Notes under the pieces: generated by a model | The model's database searches: none | Told to the model about the DNA's origin: nothing | The model's input: only the letters and a program-made list of their open reading frames with translations | Shown here: piece by piece, positions 44,889-55,102 of the stretch | Layout of the letters: each line of letters opens with the position of its first letter | Numbering within the stretch: position 1 is the first letter of the stretch | Position numbers and translations under genes: made by a program | From: an uncultured delta proteobacterium | GTDB taxonomy: Bacteria; Desulfobacterota; Binatia; UBA9968 | Assembly (NCBI GenBank): GCA_963771465.1 | Contig: CAVYTU010000014.1 | Span: forward strand, 800,001-864,000 | DNA: 64,000 nt | Direction: 5' to 3'

Positions 44889-46385
44889 TCAGGTACCTCA
44901 GAAAGTTCGGTAATGACCGTACCCTTCAGGCGGAGGTTCGGTAAAGGCGGCAAACTCGGGCTGATCGTCGAACGGGCGCGATAGGATATTCAGCAGCGTT
45001 TCGAAAGGCGCGTAGTCGTCGCGTTCCACCGCAGCACTCAAGGCTTCCTCTACTCGATGGTTGCGCGGAATGAACGCCGGATTAACACGCCGCATCGCTT
45101 GTGCGCGCGCCAAAGGCGCCACCGCCTCGCGTGCAAGCCGCGCGCGCCAGTGTCCACTCCAGAGATCGTAGGCAGACGGATCGGCAAACAGGGCGCGAAT
45201 CGGTTCCTCGTTGCCTAAGGCCGCATCGGCGAGGTAACGGAAAGCCAACGTGTAGTCAACTTTCTTTCCCGCCATCGCGGTGAGAAACCCCGTGGCGAGG
45301 TTGAGATCGGCCTCGTCCTCGCTGACCAGTCCGAGCTTGGCGCGCATGCCTTTTAGCCAGTGGCGTTCGTATTGTTCTGTAAAGGCGTTGATCACCTCAG
45401 TGGCGCGTACGATGGCGCGTTTTTCATCAGCATCGATCAGCGGTAAAAGCGTCTCCGCCAGCCGCGCAAGATTCCACTGCGCGATGTTGGGCTGATTGGC
45501 GTAGGCGTAGCGACCCCGAGTGTCGATGGAGCTGAAGACGGTTGCCGGATCATAATGATCCATGAAGGCGCATGGGCCGTAGTCGATGGTCTCACCGGAG
45601 ATCGCCATATTGTCGGTGTTCATCACGCCATGGATGAAGCCCACATGCATCCAGCTGGCAATGAGCGCCGCTTGCCTTTCGCACACGCGCTCGAGCAATC
45701 CGAGGTACGGATTCGCATGGCCCTTTAGCTCCGGATAGTGACGATCGATTACGTAATCGGCCAGGCGACGCACCTTGGCCGGCTCACCGCGGGCGGCGAA
45801 TAATTGGAAGGTGCCGACACGGATGTGGCTGGCAGCAACGCGGGTCAAAACCGCGCCCGGTAGCGCGCCCTCGCGATAGACGGGCTCGCCCGTGACCACT
45901 GCGGCAAGCGCCCGGGTCGTCGGGATACCAAGCGCGTGCATCGCTTCGCCGATCAAGTATTCACGCAACACGGGCCCGAGTGCCGCCCGGCCGTCGCCAG
46001 CGCGCGAAAATGGCGTGGGACCCGAGCCTTTGAGCTGAATGTCACGACGACGTCCGTTGCGGTCGATCACCTCGCCCAGGAGCAGCGCCCGCCCGTCGCC
46101 AAGTTGGGGCGCGAAGCCGCCGAACTGGTGGCCGGCGTACGCTTGAGCCAGCGGCAGCGCTCCCTCGGGTGTCTGATTGCCGGCAAAGATTCTCGCGCCT
46201 TCCGCGGAATCGAGAGCCGTGGCATCCAGTCCCAATTCTTCAGCCAACTCAATGTTGAGCTTGACCAATCTAGGCTGCGCCACTTGCGCCGCCTTCCAGG
46301 GCACGTAGAAGCCCTCAAGTTCGCGCGCATAGGTATTGTCGAAGGCGAATCGCGCGGCGGCAGGGTTGTTCGGGACGTGCGTCAT
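44889..46385 (-). CDS. selO: protein adenylyltransferase SelO/YdiU, predicted Sec at antepenultimate residue (TGA 44900-44898)
   Basis: Motifs [31 protein letters not shown]. The 3' end reads TAC CGA ACT TTC TGA GGT ACC TGA = YRTF-U-GT*. Confidence 0.9.
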
Positions 46386-46531
46386 CGGGTGACTTCCTTG
46401 GTCGGGGCGATTAATGAATCCTCGTGCTATCATTCTTCTCGATATCGAAAGAAATATCTACACCTGTTCCAAAGAGTGTCCTTGGTTTTCAATACGCTTT
46501 GCGGGTTATGCTTTCGTAAACAAATCGACGG

Positions 46532-46939
46532 TCAGGGGTTGGTATACATCGCTCTGCGATCTCGCAGCGCCAGCCAGCCGCGACCGATTCGGTAGATGAC
46601 CCACAGGCCGGCCGCGATGAAAACCACTATCGCAAGTGGAATGCCTATGAACGTCACAAACAAAAACCCGCCAAGCAGACACCAGAGCAGGCCAAACCAA
46701 AACGTCCGGATCTGCCAGCGAAAGTGTGACTCGAGAAAGGTGGCTCTGGCCTCCCCTCTCTTCAGGTAGTTGATGATAACGGCGATAATCGAGGGCATGC
46801 CAAAGACGAAGGCGCCGATGATCGTCGCCGCGGTGGTTATGCCGATCAGGAGGCTCAGAGCGTGCAGGGCATAGACCAAGTGGGTGACGTTGACGAGGGA
46901 GGAGGCCGGGTTGGCATCGGTAAGAGTTTCTTCGGACAT
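46532..46939 (-). CDS. DUF4870-like small membrane protein
   Basis: Motifs YAL, NY.KR, SHF.WQIRTFW, YRI.RGW..L. Confidence 0.78.
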   Translation of the reverse strand: MSEETLTDANPASSLVNVTHLVYALHALSLLIGITTAATIIGAFVFGMPSIIAVIINYLKRGEARATFLESHFRWQIRTFWFGLLWCLLGGFLFVTFIGIPLAIVVFIAAGLWVIYRIGRGWLALRDRRAMYTNP

Positions 46940-47116
46940 CAGCGTTACCCCCTCAGCAAATCACATTCACATTCGCTCAGGCCCAGTGTTAGACTTCGCC
47001 AACCCGACTATCTTGGCCAGGTCCACGAACGAGTCGGACAATACTACTTTGGGTGGCGCCATCGGGAGAATCATGAGATTCCCCTTCGTACTGTCTCATG
47101 GCACGAGTGAAAGTCT

Positions 47117-48097
47117 CTACGGTTTCCAGCCGGCTTGGGTCAGCTCGCTGTCCGCTTTCTTCGCAAAGCTGAAATCGTAGGCGCGCTCGATGGGCACTTC
47201 CTTGGTGACTTTGAGAACCTCGCGAACGATGTCGAGATCGTTCTTTTGGGTTTCTTCATCGACCACGCCGCTAGTCGTAAAAGTTCCGATCATGCCGTCG
47301 TAAGTGCGCGCAGCCAATTCTCTGTCCAACTCGGAAAATTTCATCATCGTGTCCATGGCGACCGCGCGGTTCTGTTTGACCAGGCGCAGGGCTTTGAGCA
47401 GAGCACGCATGAATCCATGCATCAACTTGGGTTTCGCTTTGATGAATTGGTCGTTGGTGGCCACTGTGCCCCAGGAATTTTTCACTTCCTTGCCAAGGTA
47501 CAAGATCTCCTTCATGCCTTGATCGAGGGCGGCAAAGCGTTCCTCGGAGCTTAATAGTCCCGCATCCACGACTCCCGACTGTAGCGCGGCAAGACGCTGG
47601 CCGGGAGGCAGCGCGAGAAACGTCAAATCCTTGTTGGCGTCGAGGCCGTACTTCGGCGCAACTTTTTTCAACATAAACGTCGCCACAGCGGCGATGCCGG
47701 TGACAGCGATCGTTTTATTCTTAAGTTCTTTGAAAGCGCTGTACTGGGGCCGGACCATCAGCCACTGCAGCACCTGATCGTTGACGGCGAGCACGGTTTT
47801 GAGCGGAGCGTTGCCTTGAGTGACGGCGACCAAGGCGCTGCTGCCGGAACCGGTGAAATCCATTTCTCCGGCGAGCACGGCTTGAAGGCCGGGGGTGGAA
47901 GCCATGACGACAATATTGAGATCGATCCCTTCCTCTTTCATGTAACCCCGCTCCTTGGCGAGCGGAAAGATAATGAACTGAAACGACTTGGACGGCAGGG
48001 TGACGTTGATTTTATCGAGGCCGAATACCGCTTTGGCGGGAAGCAGCAACATGCCGACCAGCAGCGGCGAAATCATCGACAGGATGATTTGTTTCAT
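47117..48097 (-). CDS. ABC transporter substrate-binding protein (NMT1/SsuA-like)
   Basis: Signal peptide; motifs A.E.GY..EEG.D, AL.SG.VDA, F....P. Confidence 0.82.
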   Translation of the reverse strand: MKQIILSMISPLLVGMLLLPAKAVFGLDKINVTLPSKSFQFIIFPLAKERGYMKEEGIDLNIVVMASTPGLQAVLAGEMDFTGSGSSALVAVTQGNAPLKTVLAVNDQVLQWLMVRPQYSAFKELKNKTIAVTGIAAVATFMLKKVAPKYGLDANKDLTFLALPPGQRLAALQSGVVDAGLLSSEERFAALDQGMKEILYLGKEVKNSWGTVATNDQFIKAKPKLMHGFMRALLKALRLVKQNRAVAMDTMMKFSELDRELAARTYDGMIGTFTTSGVVDEETQKNDLDIVREVLKVTKEVPIERAYDFSFAKKADSELTQAGWKP

Positions 48098-48149
48098 CGT
48101 TCATTCCTCCTGAAAACAAGCCACCGAGCAGGCGGCGAATCCGATCACG

Positions 48150-48170
48150 GCTGACTTTATAAAAGTCAGC
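48150..48170. promoter_or_regulatory. perfect inverted repeat, candidate operator
   Basis: GCTGACTTT-ata-AAAGTCAGC about 55 nt upstream of the SBP start codon. Confidence 0.45.
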
Positions 48171-48429
48171 TTTTTAAGTCGAGGGAAAATTTAAAGGTTC
48201 AATGAAGCGGCTGCTTTTCCACGTGAGTCATTTCCTCGTGTCATACGGCCAGCAATATTGTCGTTCGAGTAGGGATTCTACCGGCGGCAAGTTAATGCCA
48301 ATGAGGATGATCGGGTTGTACCTTGCGGCTTGTACTTATTTCTAGACGAGGCGGATAGCAATTGACTTGGCTGGAATGGACAATAAGAAAATCCTTGCTG
48401 CTTCTCCTGAGCGTCCCTATGCTGTGCGT

Positions 48430-49134
48430 CTATCTTGAACCGGCGAGTTCGAGAAATTCTCCGGCGAGCTTGGGACCGATGCCTTCATCTTCATGCTTGA
48501 AGAATATGTATGCATGATCCCATTGCTGCGATAGGATTCGTTCTTTCCAATTCAACAGATCGGCGCGGCTATATTCGGAGCGCCGGAGCCGGACGTAGCC
48601 CCAGGTTGCAGTCGAGATCAGATTGGAACTTTCCGTCTCATCCATTTCGGCCGTGCAGAGCGCACAGTTATGTTCCCGTAGGCAGTTGTAGATTTCGTCA
48701 TCGAACCAAGACGAATGGCGGAACTCAAAAGCAACCGATCGGTCTGCCGGCAAATGGGACAAAAAGTCTTGCAGCGTCAGCAAGTTTTTTCGTAGATAGG
48801 GCGGCAGCTGAAAAAGAACCGCGCCCATGCGCGCGCCTAACGTGGTTGACACGCGAAATAGATCGTCGACTTCGCGTGTGGCGTCTTTGAGCCGTTTCTG
48901 ATGAGTAATTCTCTGCGGCGCTTTGAGGACGAAGCGAAACTCCGCTGGCACCTGTTCCGCCCAGGATTGAAGCACGCTTTCCTTGGGCATCCGATAAAAA
49001 GTATTGTTGATCTCGACGGCAGGCAGCCGTGAGGCGTAAAACTGCAGCAGCTCCTTTGCCGCGAGACGCTCGGGATAAAAATTTCCTAGCCAGGCTTTGT
49101 AACTATAACCGCTGGTTCCGACCCACAGCTTCAC
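48430..49134 (-). CDS. DUF72 domain protein (YecE-like)
   Basis: Motifs GTSG.SY..W...FYP, VEINNTFY..P, KAP..ITH, LFQLPP, EFRH.SW. Confidence 0.9.
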   Translation of the reverse strand: MKLWVGTSGYSYKAWLGNFYPERLAAKELLQFYASRLPAVEINNTFYRMPKESVLQSWAEQVPAEFRFVLKAPQRITHQKRLKDATREVDDLFRVSTTLGARMGAVLFQLPPYLRKNLLTLQDFLSHLPADRSVAFEFRHSSWFDDEIYNCLREHNCALCTAEMDETESSNLISTATWGYVRLRRSEYSRADLLNWKERILSQQWDHAYIFFKHEDEGIGPKLAGEFLELAGSR

Positions 49135-49311
49135 GGCAGTTTTCCTCCCCGAACAACTTTCAGAAACCCCTGTGCAGACGTATTGAATTGTACCATTGTC
49201 GGGCGACACGGTTCATTGCGGCAATGGCCGCCGCACCGCCGATAATCGACTTGGTTTCGCAATCAGATAGCCGGAAAACTTCCGCTATCAAATTAAGTTA
49301 ACAGTCCATAG

Positions 49312-49504
49312 TTACTTCTTCTTGCGCGATTTTTTCGCCGGTACTTTAGCTGCCGGCGCGTCGCGCTTCAGATAAGCCAATGGCGATCGCCTGCTTGCGG
49401 CTTTTCACGGTCTTGCCAGAACGGCCGCTCTTCAAGGTTCCCTTTTTACGCTCATGCATCGCCCGTTTAACTTTTCGTGCTGCGCCTTTGCCGTATCGTG
49501 CCAT
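49312..49504 (-). CDS. DUF6496-like small basic protein (one apparent indel near 49350)
   Basis: MARYGKGAARKVKRAMHERKKGTLKSGRSGKTVKSRKQAIAIGLSEARRAG.KVP.KKS; not in the ORF track. Confidence 0.75.
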
Positions 49505-49611
49505 AAGATCACCTCGATAATTCATTTGCTACGATGACGACTCTCTAATTCCTTCGTTATCCCTACAACACAGGACTCTAATATATTTGCGAGACGGCGG
49601 CGTTCAGCATT

Positions 49612-50946
49612 TCACCTAACGGGCTCACTAGCATGGACTTTTGTCCCCTGCGGCCGATACCAATCCGCCCGCGTCAAGGGAGGGCCGCTTCGGCCGTGCT
49701 CGGGTTTTGCCAGTAAGGTTTGGTAAATACTCAAGCGGCCGGAGCGGAATTCATAGGCTGAGCCGGCCAAGTACAAGCGAAAAACCCGGAAGCTCAGGCG
49801 ATCGGTCAGCCGCTCGATCTCATTTTGCGCCGCTTCCAACCGGTGTAGCCAGTGCTCGAGAGTCAACCGGTAGTGCTCACGTAGACTCTCCACGTCGAGC
49901 GCTTCGAAACCGGCGGCTTCAGCGCTCGCAACCGTACGTCCGATGGTCGCGAGAAAATGATCGGGAAAAACATAGCGATCCATGAACGAGCGACCGGGGT
50001 GGTTTGCGACCGTCGGCTTGCTCACGATCGCGTGATGGAGAAATTGCCCGCCGGGCCGCAGCAACTCATACGCGCGGGTAAAGTATCCATCAAATAATTC
50101 TTCCGGCACATGCTCGGCGGCGCCGACACTGGCGATGCGGTCGACGGGTTCGATGCCCTGCAGTTGGAGAAAATTATCGACTTCGACGCGGCACCGGCTT
50201 TCCAACCCTGCTGCGCGAATGCGCTTGCGCGCAAAGTCGGCTTGTTGCGGGCTGAGCGTTAGGCCCACCGCCTCGACGCCGTAGTTGGCTGCGGCGTGCA
50301 TGATCAGCGCGCCCCAGCCGCAGCCAAGATCGAGCAAGCGTTGGCCCGGTTGTAACCGCAACTTGCGGCAGATGTGGTCGAGCTTGCTTTTTTGCGCCTC
50401 GGCAAGCGACGCCTCTGGCGATTCGAAGTACGCACAGCTGTACGAGAGCGACTCGTCCAACCACAACTTCCAAAACTCCGCGGGATGATTGTAATGATAA
50501 TTAACGGCGTCTCGAAGCCGCGCTGCGGTCGGCGCAAAGCGCCGGGAGAAGCCGGAAAAAATTCCCGCGCGCGGATATTTAATCGGTGGGATCGACCAAA
50601 GCCAGCGCGCCAATTTGAATCTTTTAGATGCCGGGTAGTGGATCGTCATCAGGCGGTCGGCCGATTCGAAAATATCGATAAACGAACCTTGTACCTCAAG
50701 GTCGCCATAGATGTAGGCCTCGCCGAAACTCAATGTGCTGACGTTGCTAAAGATACTGCGCACGACGTTGGGCGTGCGAAAGATGAGTTTGAAATCAGCC
50801 GGGCCGGCAGGCTCGGGCGGCCATTGTTCGCCATCCCATAGTTGAATGGCGAACCCACGCGGCCGTAAAGGGGATAGGACTGTTTCTAAAAGTGAGCGCG
50901 CTGACCACTCGACGGGATTTGCTACCGATGACGTTGTCGTTACCAT
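49612..50946 (-). CDS. cfa: cyclopropane-fatty-acyl-phospholipid synthase family methyltransferase
   Basis: Motifs YHY, YSCAYF, AQ..KL..ICRKL.L.PG..LLD.GCGWG, YVFPD, HY..TL..W. Confidence 0.88.
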   Translation of the reverse strand: MVTTTSSVANPVEWSARSLLETVLSPLRPRGFAIQLWDGEQWPPEPAGPADFKLIFRTPNVVRSIFSNVSTLSFGEAYIYGDLEVQGSFIDIFESADRLMTIHYPASKRFKLARWLWSIPPIKYPRAGIFSGFSRRFAPTAARLRDAVNYHYNHPAEFWKLWLDESLSYSCAYFESPEASLAEAQKSKLDHICRKLRLQPGQRLLDLGCGWGALIMHAAANYGVEAVGLTLSPQQADFARKRIRAAGLESRCRVEVDNFLQLQGIEPVDRIASVGAAEHVPEELFDGYFTRAYELLRPGGQFLHHAIVSKPTVANHPGRSFMDRYVFPDHFLATIGRTVASAEAAGFEALDVESLREHYRLTLEHWLHRLEAAQNEIERLTDRLSFRVFRLYLAGSAYEFRSGRLSIYQTLLAKPEHGRSGPPLTRADWYRPQGTKVHASEPVR

Positions 50947-51067
50947 TGCAGACCTCGCGCAGATAGCGAAATGTAGTTACGACCTTAGAGCAATCTCCAC
51001 GCCATGAATGAATTGAAGCCGGACTCATTGATAATTCATTCACCAGCGACCACGGGCCACTAATCTT

Positions 51068-51130
51068 TGTAGGAGTTTTGCCTTCTACGAAGGTTTTGCC
51101 CCTACACGCGAAGGTTTTTGTTCCTACACG
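51068..51130. promoter_or_regulatory. tandem 21-22-nt direct repeats upstream of cfa
   Basis: tgtaggagttttgccttctac / cgaaggttttgcccctacacg / cgaaggtttttgttcctacacg. Confidence 0.5.
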
Positions 51131-51254
51131 GAATGTGGAAGGAGATCAGGTGCGATTACGCCAGATATCGTTCGTTTGTCGTTCGCAGCTATGCGAGCTG
51201 CGAGCTAGGAAATCACTGGCAGATTTAAAATTGGCTACCAATGGTAGGCGAGTG

Positions 51255-51947
51255 CTAAAACTTTTCCGACCACGGCCGTAATTCAATGTGCGATGCCCAC
51301 GAGCTGCGGTGTTGGCGGTGCAGGTGGAGATAAGTCTGAGCGATCGCATCCGGGTCGAGGCTACCGTCGGGACCGCGTGTAGTGAGACGCTCCGGGTTGG
51401 TAATTCCACCGTCGATCACCACCTGAGCGACGTGAATATTTCGCGGCTGGAGCTCGCGCGCCATGCTTTGCACGAGCCCGGTCAAGCCCATCTTGCCCAT
51501 GGCGAATGCCGGAGAATTGGCGTAACCCTTGACGCTCGCGGATGCTCCCGTGAACAGGATCGTGCCGTTGCCCGCTTTGACCATTCTCTTGGCGGCCTCC
51601 TGGCCGATAAGAAACCCGCCATAACAAGTGATCAAGATTGTCTGGCGCACTGCGTCGGGATCGAGTTCGGTGATCGGACCGCGGACGCGACCGCTGGCAT
51701 TGTAGACAACAAGATTGGGATCGCCGAAATCTTGATTCACCGCCTGGAACAGCTTTTTCACATCGGCTGGGCTGCTCGCATCGCACGTGTATGCGCGGCC
51801 GTCGATTTCTTTGACTAAGCCGTCCAGTTTCTCGACGCTGCGCGCGGCCAGCGCCACCCGCATACCTTCTGTCTTAAACAGCCTTGCCAGCGATGCGCTC
51901 AATCCCGGTCCGCTGCCGACGATCAATGCTATTTCTTGCTGTGCCAT
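51255..51947 (-). CDS. short-chain dehydrogenase/reductase (atypical, FxxGK)
   Basis: Motifs VGSGPGLS, VYNA, FTGASAS.KG, FAMGK, IDGGI, ELRP..E.F. Confidence 0.88.
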   Translation of the reverse strand: MAQQEIALIVGSGPGLSASLARLFKTEGMRVALAARSVEKLDGLVKEIDGRAYTCDASSPADVKKLFQAVNQDFGDPNLVVYNASGRVRGPITELDPDAVRQTILITCYGGFLIGQEAAKRMVKAGNGTILFTGASASVKGYANSPAFAMGKMGLTGLVQSMARELQPRNIHVAQVVIDGGITNPERLTTRGPDGSLDPDAIAQTYLHLHRQHRSSWASHIELRPWSEKF

Positions 51948-52059
51948 AACGACCCTCCAACGGCCGGATATCAAGCTGGTTTCAGGCTGTCAATCAATTC
52001 AACGAAAAGATGATCCGGAAATTGATTGCGTTGCGTCGTCACAAATCGATCGACGCTGC

Positions 52060-52290
52060 GCGCAGGCAACGCGCTGCCTCGATAAATACCGCTGCGTCCA
52101 AAGTGTTCAAAATGTCGGATGGCTGTAACCAGCCGCGCCGCGCCATGGCGATGCCGAAATGGAGATTGCCCATACCGGCGTCGAATGGGCGTCCGTAGAC
52201 ACGATAAATTTGATGTCCCGTTCGCGCGCAGCGAATCCAGCGCGGTTCCAAGTCAAGCCGATGGGGATCGCCATTGGTTTCGAATGGCAC
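52060..52290 (-). pseudogene. 3' remnant of PolX/PHP-domain gene
   Basis: Fragments E.NGDPHRLDL...W, KF..STDAHS and FGIAMARRGWL...DILNTL across frames; no 5' part. Confidence 0.65.
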
Positions 52291-52334
52291 CGCGGGACGC
52301 GGCGACGTAAAAACGATCCTGCAATGAAAAGCCA

Positions 52335-52877
52335 TCAGCTCGAGGATAGCGGCAGAAACATGTTTAGATCCGAACCGCCAAAAACTGAGTCGATGAACTG
52401 GCCGATCAGCCAGGCGAGTCCTGCCAAAATTCCAAAAATAATGACCAGCAGCCCGGCAAGCAGCGAAATGACAAACAACCCGTGCCCGACTGTGGATTTG
52501 CGGTGGTGCGCGCCGGCGTAACGTTCCAGTAGCTGTACGTTCTTGACGTTACTGCGAAACCAAATCGAGAAGATGTCGCCGAAGATTGGAATCGCGCCGA
52601 TCATGGAATTAATCGCGATATTCAACCCCATGCGCAGCAAGACGATCTTGGGAATATTAAACTGCGCCGCGATTAACAGAATCGCCGAACCGGTCACATT
52701 GGCCAATAAATCGCCCACTCCCGGCACCAGGCCAAGAATTGGATCCAAACCGAAGCGAATCGATGTCCCGGGAATTGTAATGCGCTGATCGAGCAGGTCA
52801 GCCAAGAACCGCGCGATCCTCAGCCGCTGCGCGGCTAGGTCACTCCCGGCCTCTCGCTTAATCTCCGTTTCGATCAC
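52335..52877 (-). CDS. DUF4112 membrane protein
   Basis: Motifs LLD....IPGT..RFGLDPILGL.PG.GD, IG.IP..GD.F...F.SN..N. Confidence 0.88.
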   Translation of the reverse strand: MIETEIKREAGSDLAAQRLRIARFLADLLDQRITIPGTSIRFGLDPILGLVPGVGDLLANVTGSAILLIAAQFNIPKIVLLRMGLNIAINSMIGAIPIFGDIFSIWFRSNVKNVQLLERYAGAHHRKSTVGHGLFVISLLAGLLVIIFGILAGLAWLIGQFIDSVFGGSDLNMFLPLSSS

Positions 52878-53065
52878 CGAGCCGACAGCTGCTCCCCGGT
52901 AATTTCCTGCTCGGCGTTTTTCCATTTCGCATATTCCTCTGCGCGTCGTTTGGCGTCGGGGCCGGAAAATCGCGTAATTAATTTTTCGCCTTGAGCCGCT
53001 TCGTTGACCGCGACCACAATATAGCTACCGGCGTGCTCGGTTGATTCTTCTAATTCGTACGTCAT
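52874..53065 (-). CDS. small hypothetical protein
   Basis: RBS GGAGGGG; GTGA overlap with the DUF4112 gene; motif F.GP.A..RAEEYA.WKN. Confidence 0.55.
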   Translation of the reverse strand: MTYELEESTEHAGSYIVVAVNEAAQGEKLITRFSGPDAKRRAEEYAKWKNAEQEITGEQLSAR

Positions 53066-53357
53066 TGCAATCCCCTCCGTATCAGCGCTTATTTGCCTGC
53101 CTTCGAGCCGATTCAAGGTTGAGTCAAAGAGCAACGGTGAAATCCGCAGTGCGGGGCTTCTTTGCTCGACTTCGTGTATTCTAGCGTACCTCTGAATAGC
53201 GCCGGTTCAACCCCAAATCTTTACAATTTATAATTGGAATACCGGGCACGCGGCTGTATCATTGACAGATAGTGAGTCCTCAATTACGTTCGCTCTGAGA
53301 CAACGATCAAAACCTCAACCAGCAACTGCAGCGCTAGCCCGCCGCATAGGAGCAACA

Positions 53358-55034
53358 ATGGCATACGATCTGATTATCAAGAACGGCAAAGTGATCGACG
53401 GTTCCGGCCTGCCAGGATTTCACGGCGACGTCGCCGTCAGCGGCGGGCGAATCGTCGAGATCGGCAAAGTGAGTGGCGAGGCGCGCCAGGTGCTGAACGC
53501 GGATGGCTTGGTGGTGGCTCCGGGAATCATCGACAACCACACGCATTACGATGCTCAGGTCACCTGGGATCCGCTCTGCACTTACTCTTGCTATCATGGC
53601 ATCACCACCGTCGTCATGGGCAACTGTTCGCTGGCGATGGCGCCCGCTCACCGGGAGGATCGCGAGATGCTTGCCGGAGTTTTGTCCCATGTCGAAGCGA
53701 TTCCGCTGGAAGCGATCCAAGCCGGGGTCAACTGGTCCTGGGAAACGATCCCCGAGTATCTCAATGCTCTGGACCGACGGCTGGGCATTAACGTCGCTTC
53801 GCTCATCGGCCACTCGGCGGTGCGGCGCTATGTCATGGGTGAAGCGTCGCAAGAGCGGCACGCCACCGATGAAGAAGTTACGGCCATGAAGGCGATCGTG
53901 CGCGAGGGATTAGCGGCCGGCGCGGTGGGCATTTCCTTCGAGCGCAATCTGCGCCATTTCGACTGGAATGGCCGGTTGGCGCCGACCAATCTCGCCTCCG
54001 AGGAAGAGATTTTCGCCGTCGCTAGCGTCGCCGACGAGGTCGGGCATGGGGTGATCCAGTTTGGCGGCGACCGCACGATCAGCACAAAGCTAGCCAAGGC
54101 GAGCCGGCGGCCGGTTTTCTACGGCAACATCACGCAGCAGGCGGTGGCGCCAGACAAATGGCGCAAGCAGCTAGGAGAAGCCGAGAGCTTGATGCGCCAG
54201 GGACATCGCGCCTACCAGTTTGTCATGCCGCGGCCGGGAGATCTGCGTTATACGCTCAAGACCGCCCAACACTTCGACGCCATGGCGACCTGGAAAAACG
54301 TCATGTTGCTGCCTCACGACCTGCGCACACAAGCGTTCCGTGATCCCGAGACGCGCGCCAAACTGCATCGGGAGGCCGTCGAGACGCCGATGGATACCAA
54401 CCGCGCCGGTGATTTCACGCGCCGCTGGGATTTACAATTTGTCTTCAAGCCGGCGCTGGCGAAAAACCAGCATCTCACGAGCAAGAGCGTGGCCGAGATC
54501 GCGCGGGAACAGAACAAAGACGTGCTCGACGCGTTCCTCGACTTGGCGCTGGAAGAAAACCTCGAAACCGAATTCGAGCGGCGCGAAGTCAACAGCGACC
54601 AAGCGGCCATGACCGCGCTGCTCACCAGTCCGTACACCGTCATCGGCCAGTCGGACGGCGGCGCTCACGTGGTTTTTCGCACCGATTATAGCTACTCGAC
54701 TTATCTGCTGTCGCACTGGGTGCGCGAGAAAGAAATCATGTCGCTGGAAGACGCCATCCGAAAGCTCACGTTCGTGCCGGCATCGCTCTTCGGATTCTCC
54801 GACCGCGGGCTAGTGCGCCCCGGCTTGGCCGCCGACCTGATGATATTCGATCCTGCGACCATCAGCCCGTTAGAACCGGGCGAAGCGCACGACTTGCCCG
54901 GCGGTGCCAAGCGGCGCAAACAACTCGCGCAGGGAATCGAGTGGACCGTGGTCAACGGCCAGGTGCTGATGGAACACGGCAATCACACCGGCGCATATCC
55001 CGGCAAGGTGGCGCGCAGCGGCAGTGCCGCGTAG
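53358..55034 (+). CDS. N-acyl-D-amino-acid deacylase family amidohydrolase
   Basis: Motifs DL.IKNG.VIDGSG, PG.ID.HTHYD, GNC, SDGGAH, DRG..RPG..AD. Confidence 0.9.
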   Translation: MAYDLIIKNGKVIDGSGLPGFHGDVAVSGGRIVEIGKVSGEARQVLNADGLVVAPGIIDNHTHYDAQVTWDPLCTYSCYHGITTVVMGNCSLAMAPAHREDREMLAGVLSHVEAIPLEAIQAGVNWSWETIPEYLNALDRRLGINVASLIGHSAVRRYVMGEASQERHATDEEVTAMKAIVREGLAAGAVGISFERNLRHFDWNGRLAPTNLASEEEIFAVASVADEVGHGVIQFGGDRTISTKLAKASRRPVFYGNITQQAVAPDKWRKQLGEAESLMRQGHRAYQFVMPRPGDLRYTLKTAQHFDAMATWKNVMLLPHDLRTQAFRDPETRAKLHREAVETPMDTNRAGDFTRRWDLQFVFKPALAKNQHLTSKSVAEIAREQNKDVLDAFLDLALEENLETEFERREVNSDQAAMTALLTSPYTVIGQSDGGAHVVFRTDYSYSTYLLSHWVREKEIMSLEDAIRKLTFVPASLFGFSDRGLVRPGLAADLMIFDPATISPLEPGEAHDLPGGAKRRKQLAQGIEWTVVNGQVLMEHGNHTGAYPGKVARSGSAA

Positions 55035-55062
55035 CACTAAAAATTATCAAAGTGAGAAAACT

Positions 55063-55102
55063 GAGTGGCAGGAAGCTCAAAAGCTTCTGCCACTCTTTTT
55101 TT
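55063..55102 (+). terminator. intrinsic terminator
   Basis: GAGTGGCAGGAAGCT-caaa-AGCTTCTGCCACTC-TTTTTTT. Confidence 0.8.
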
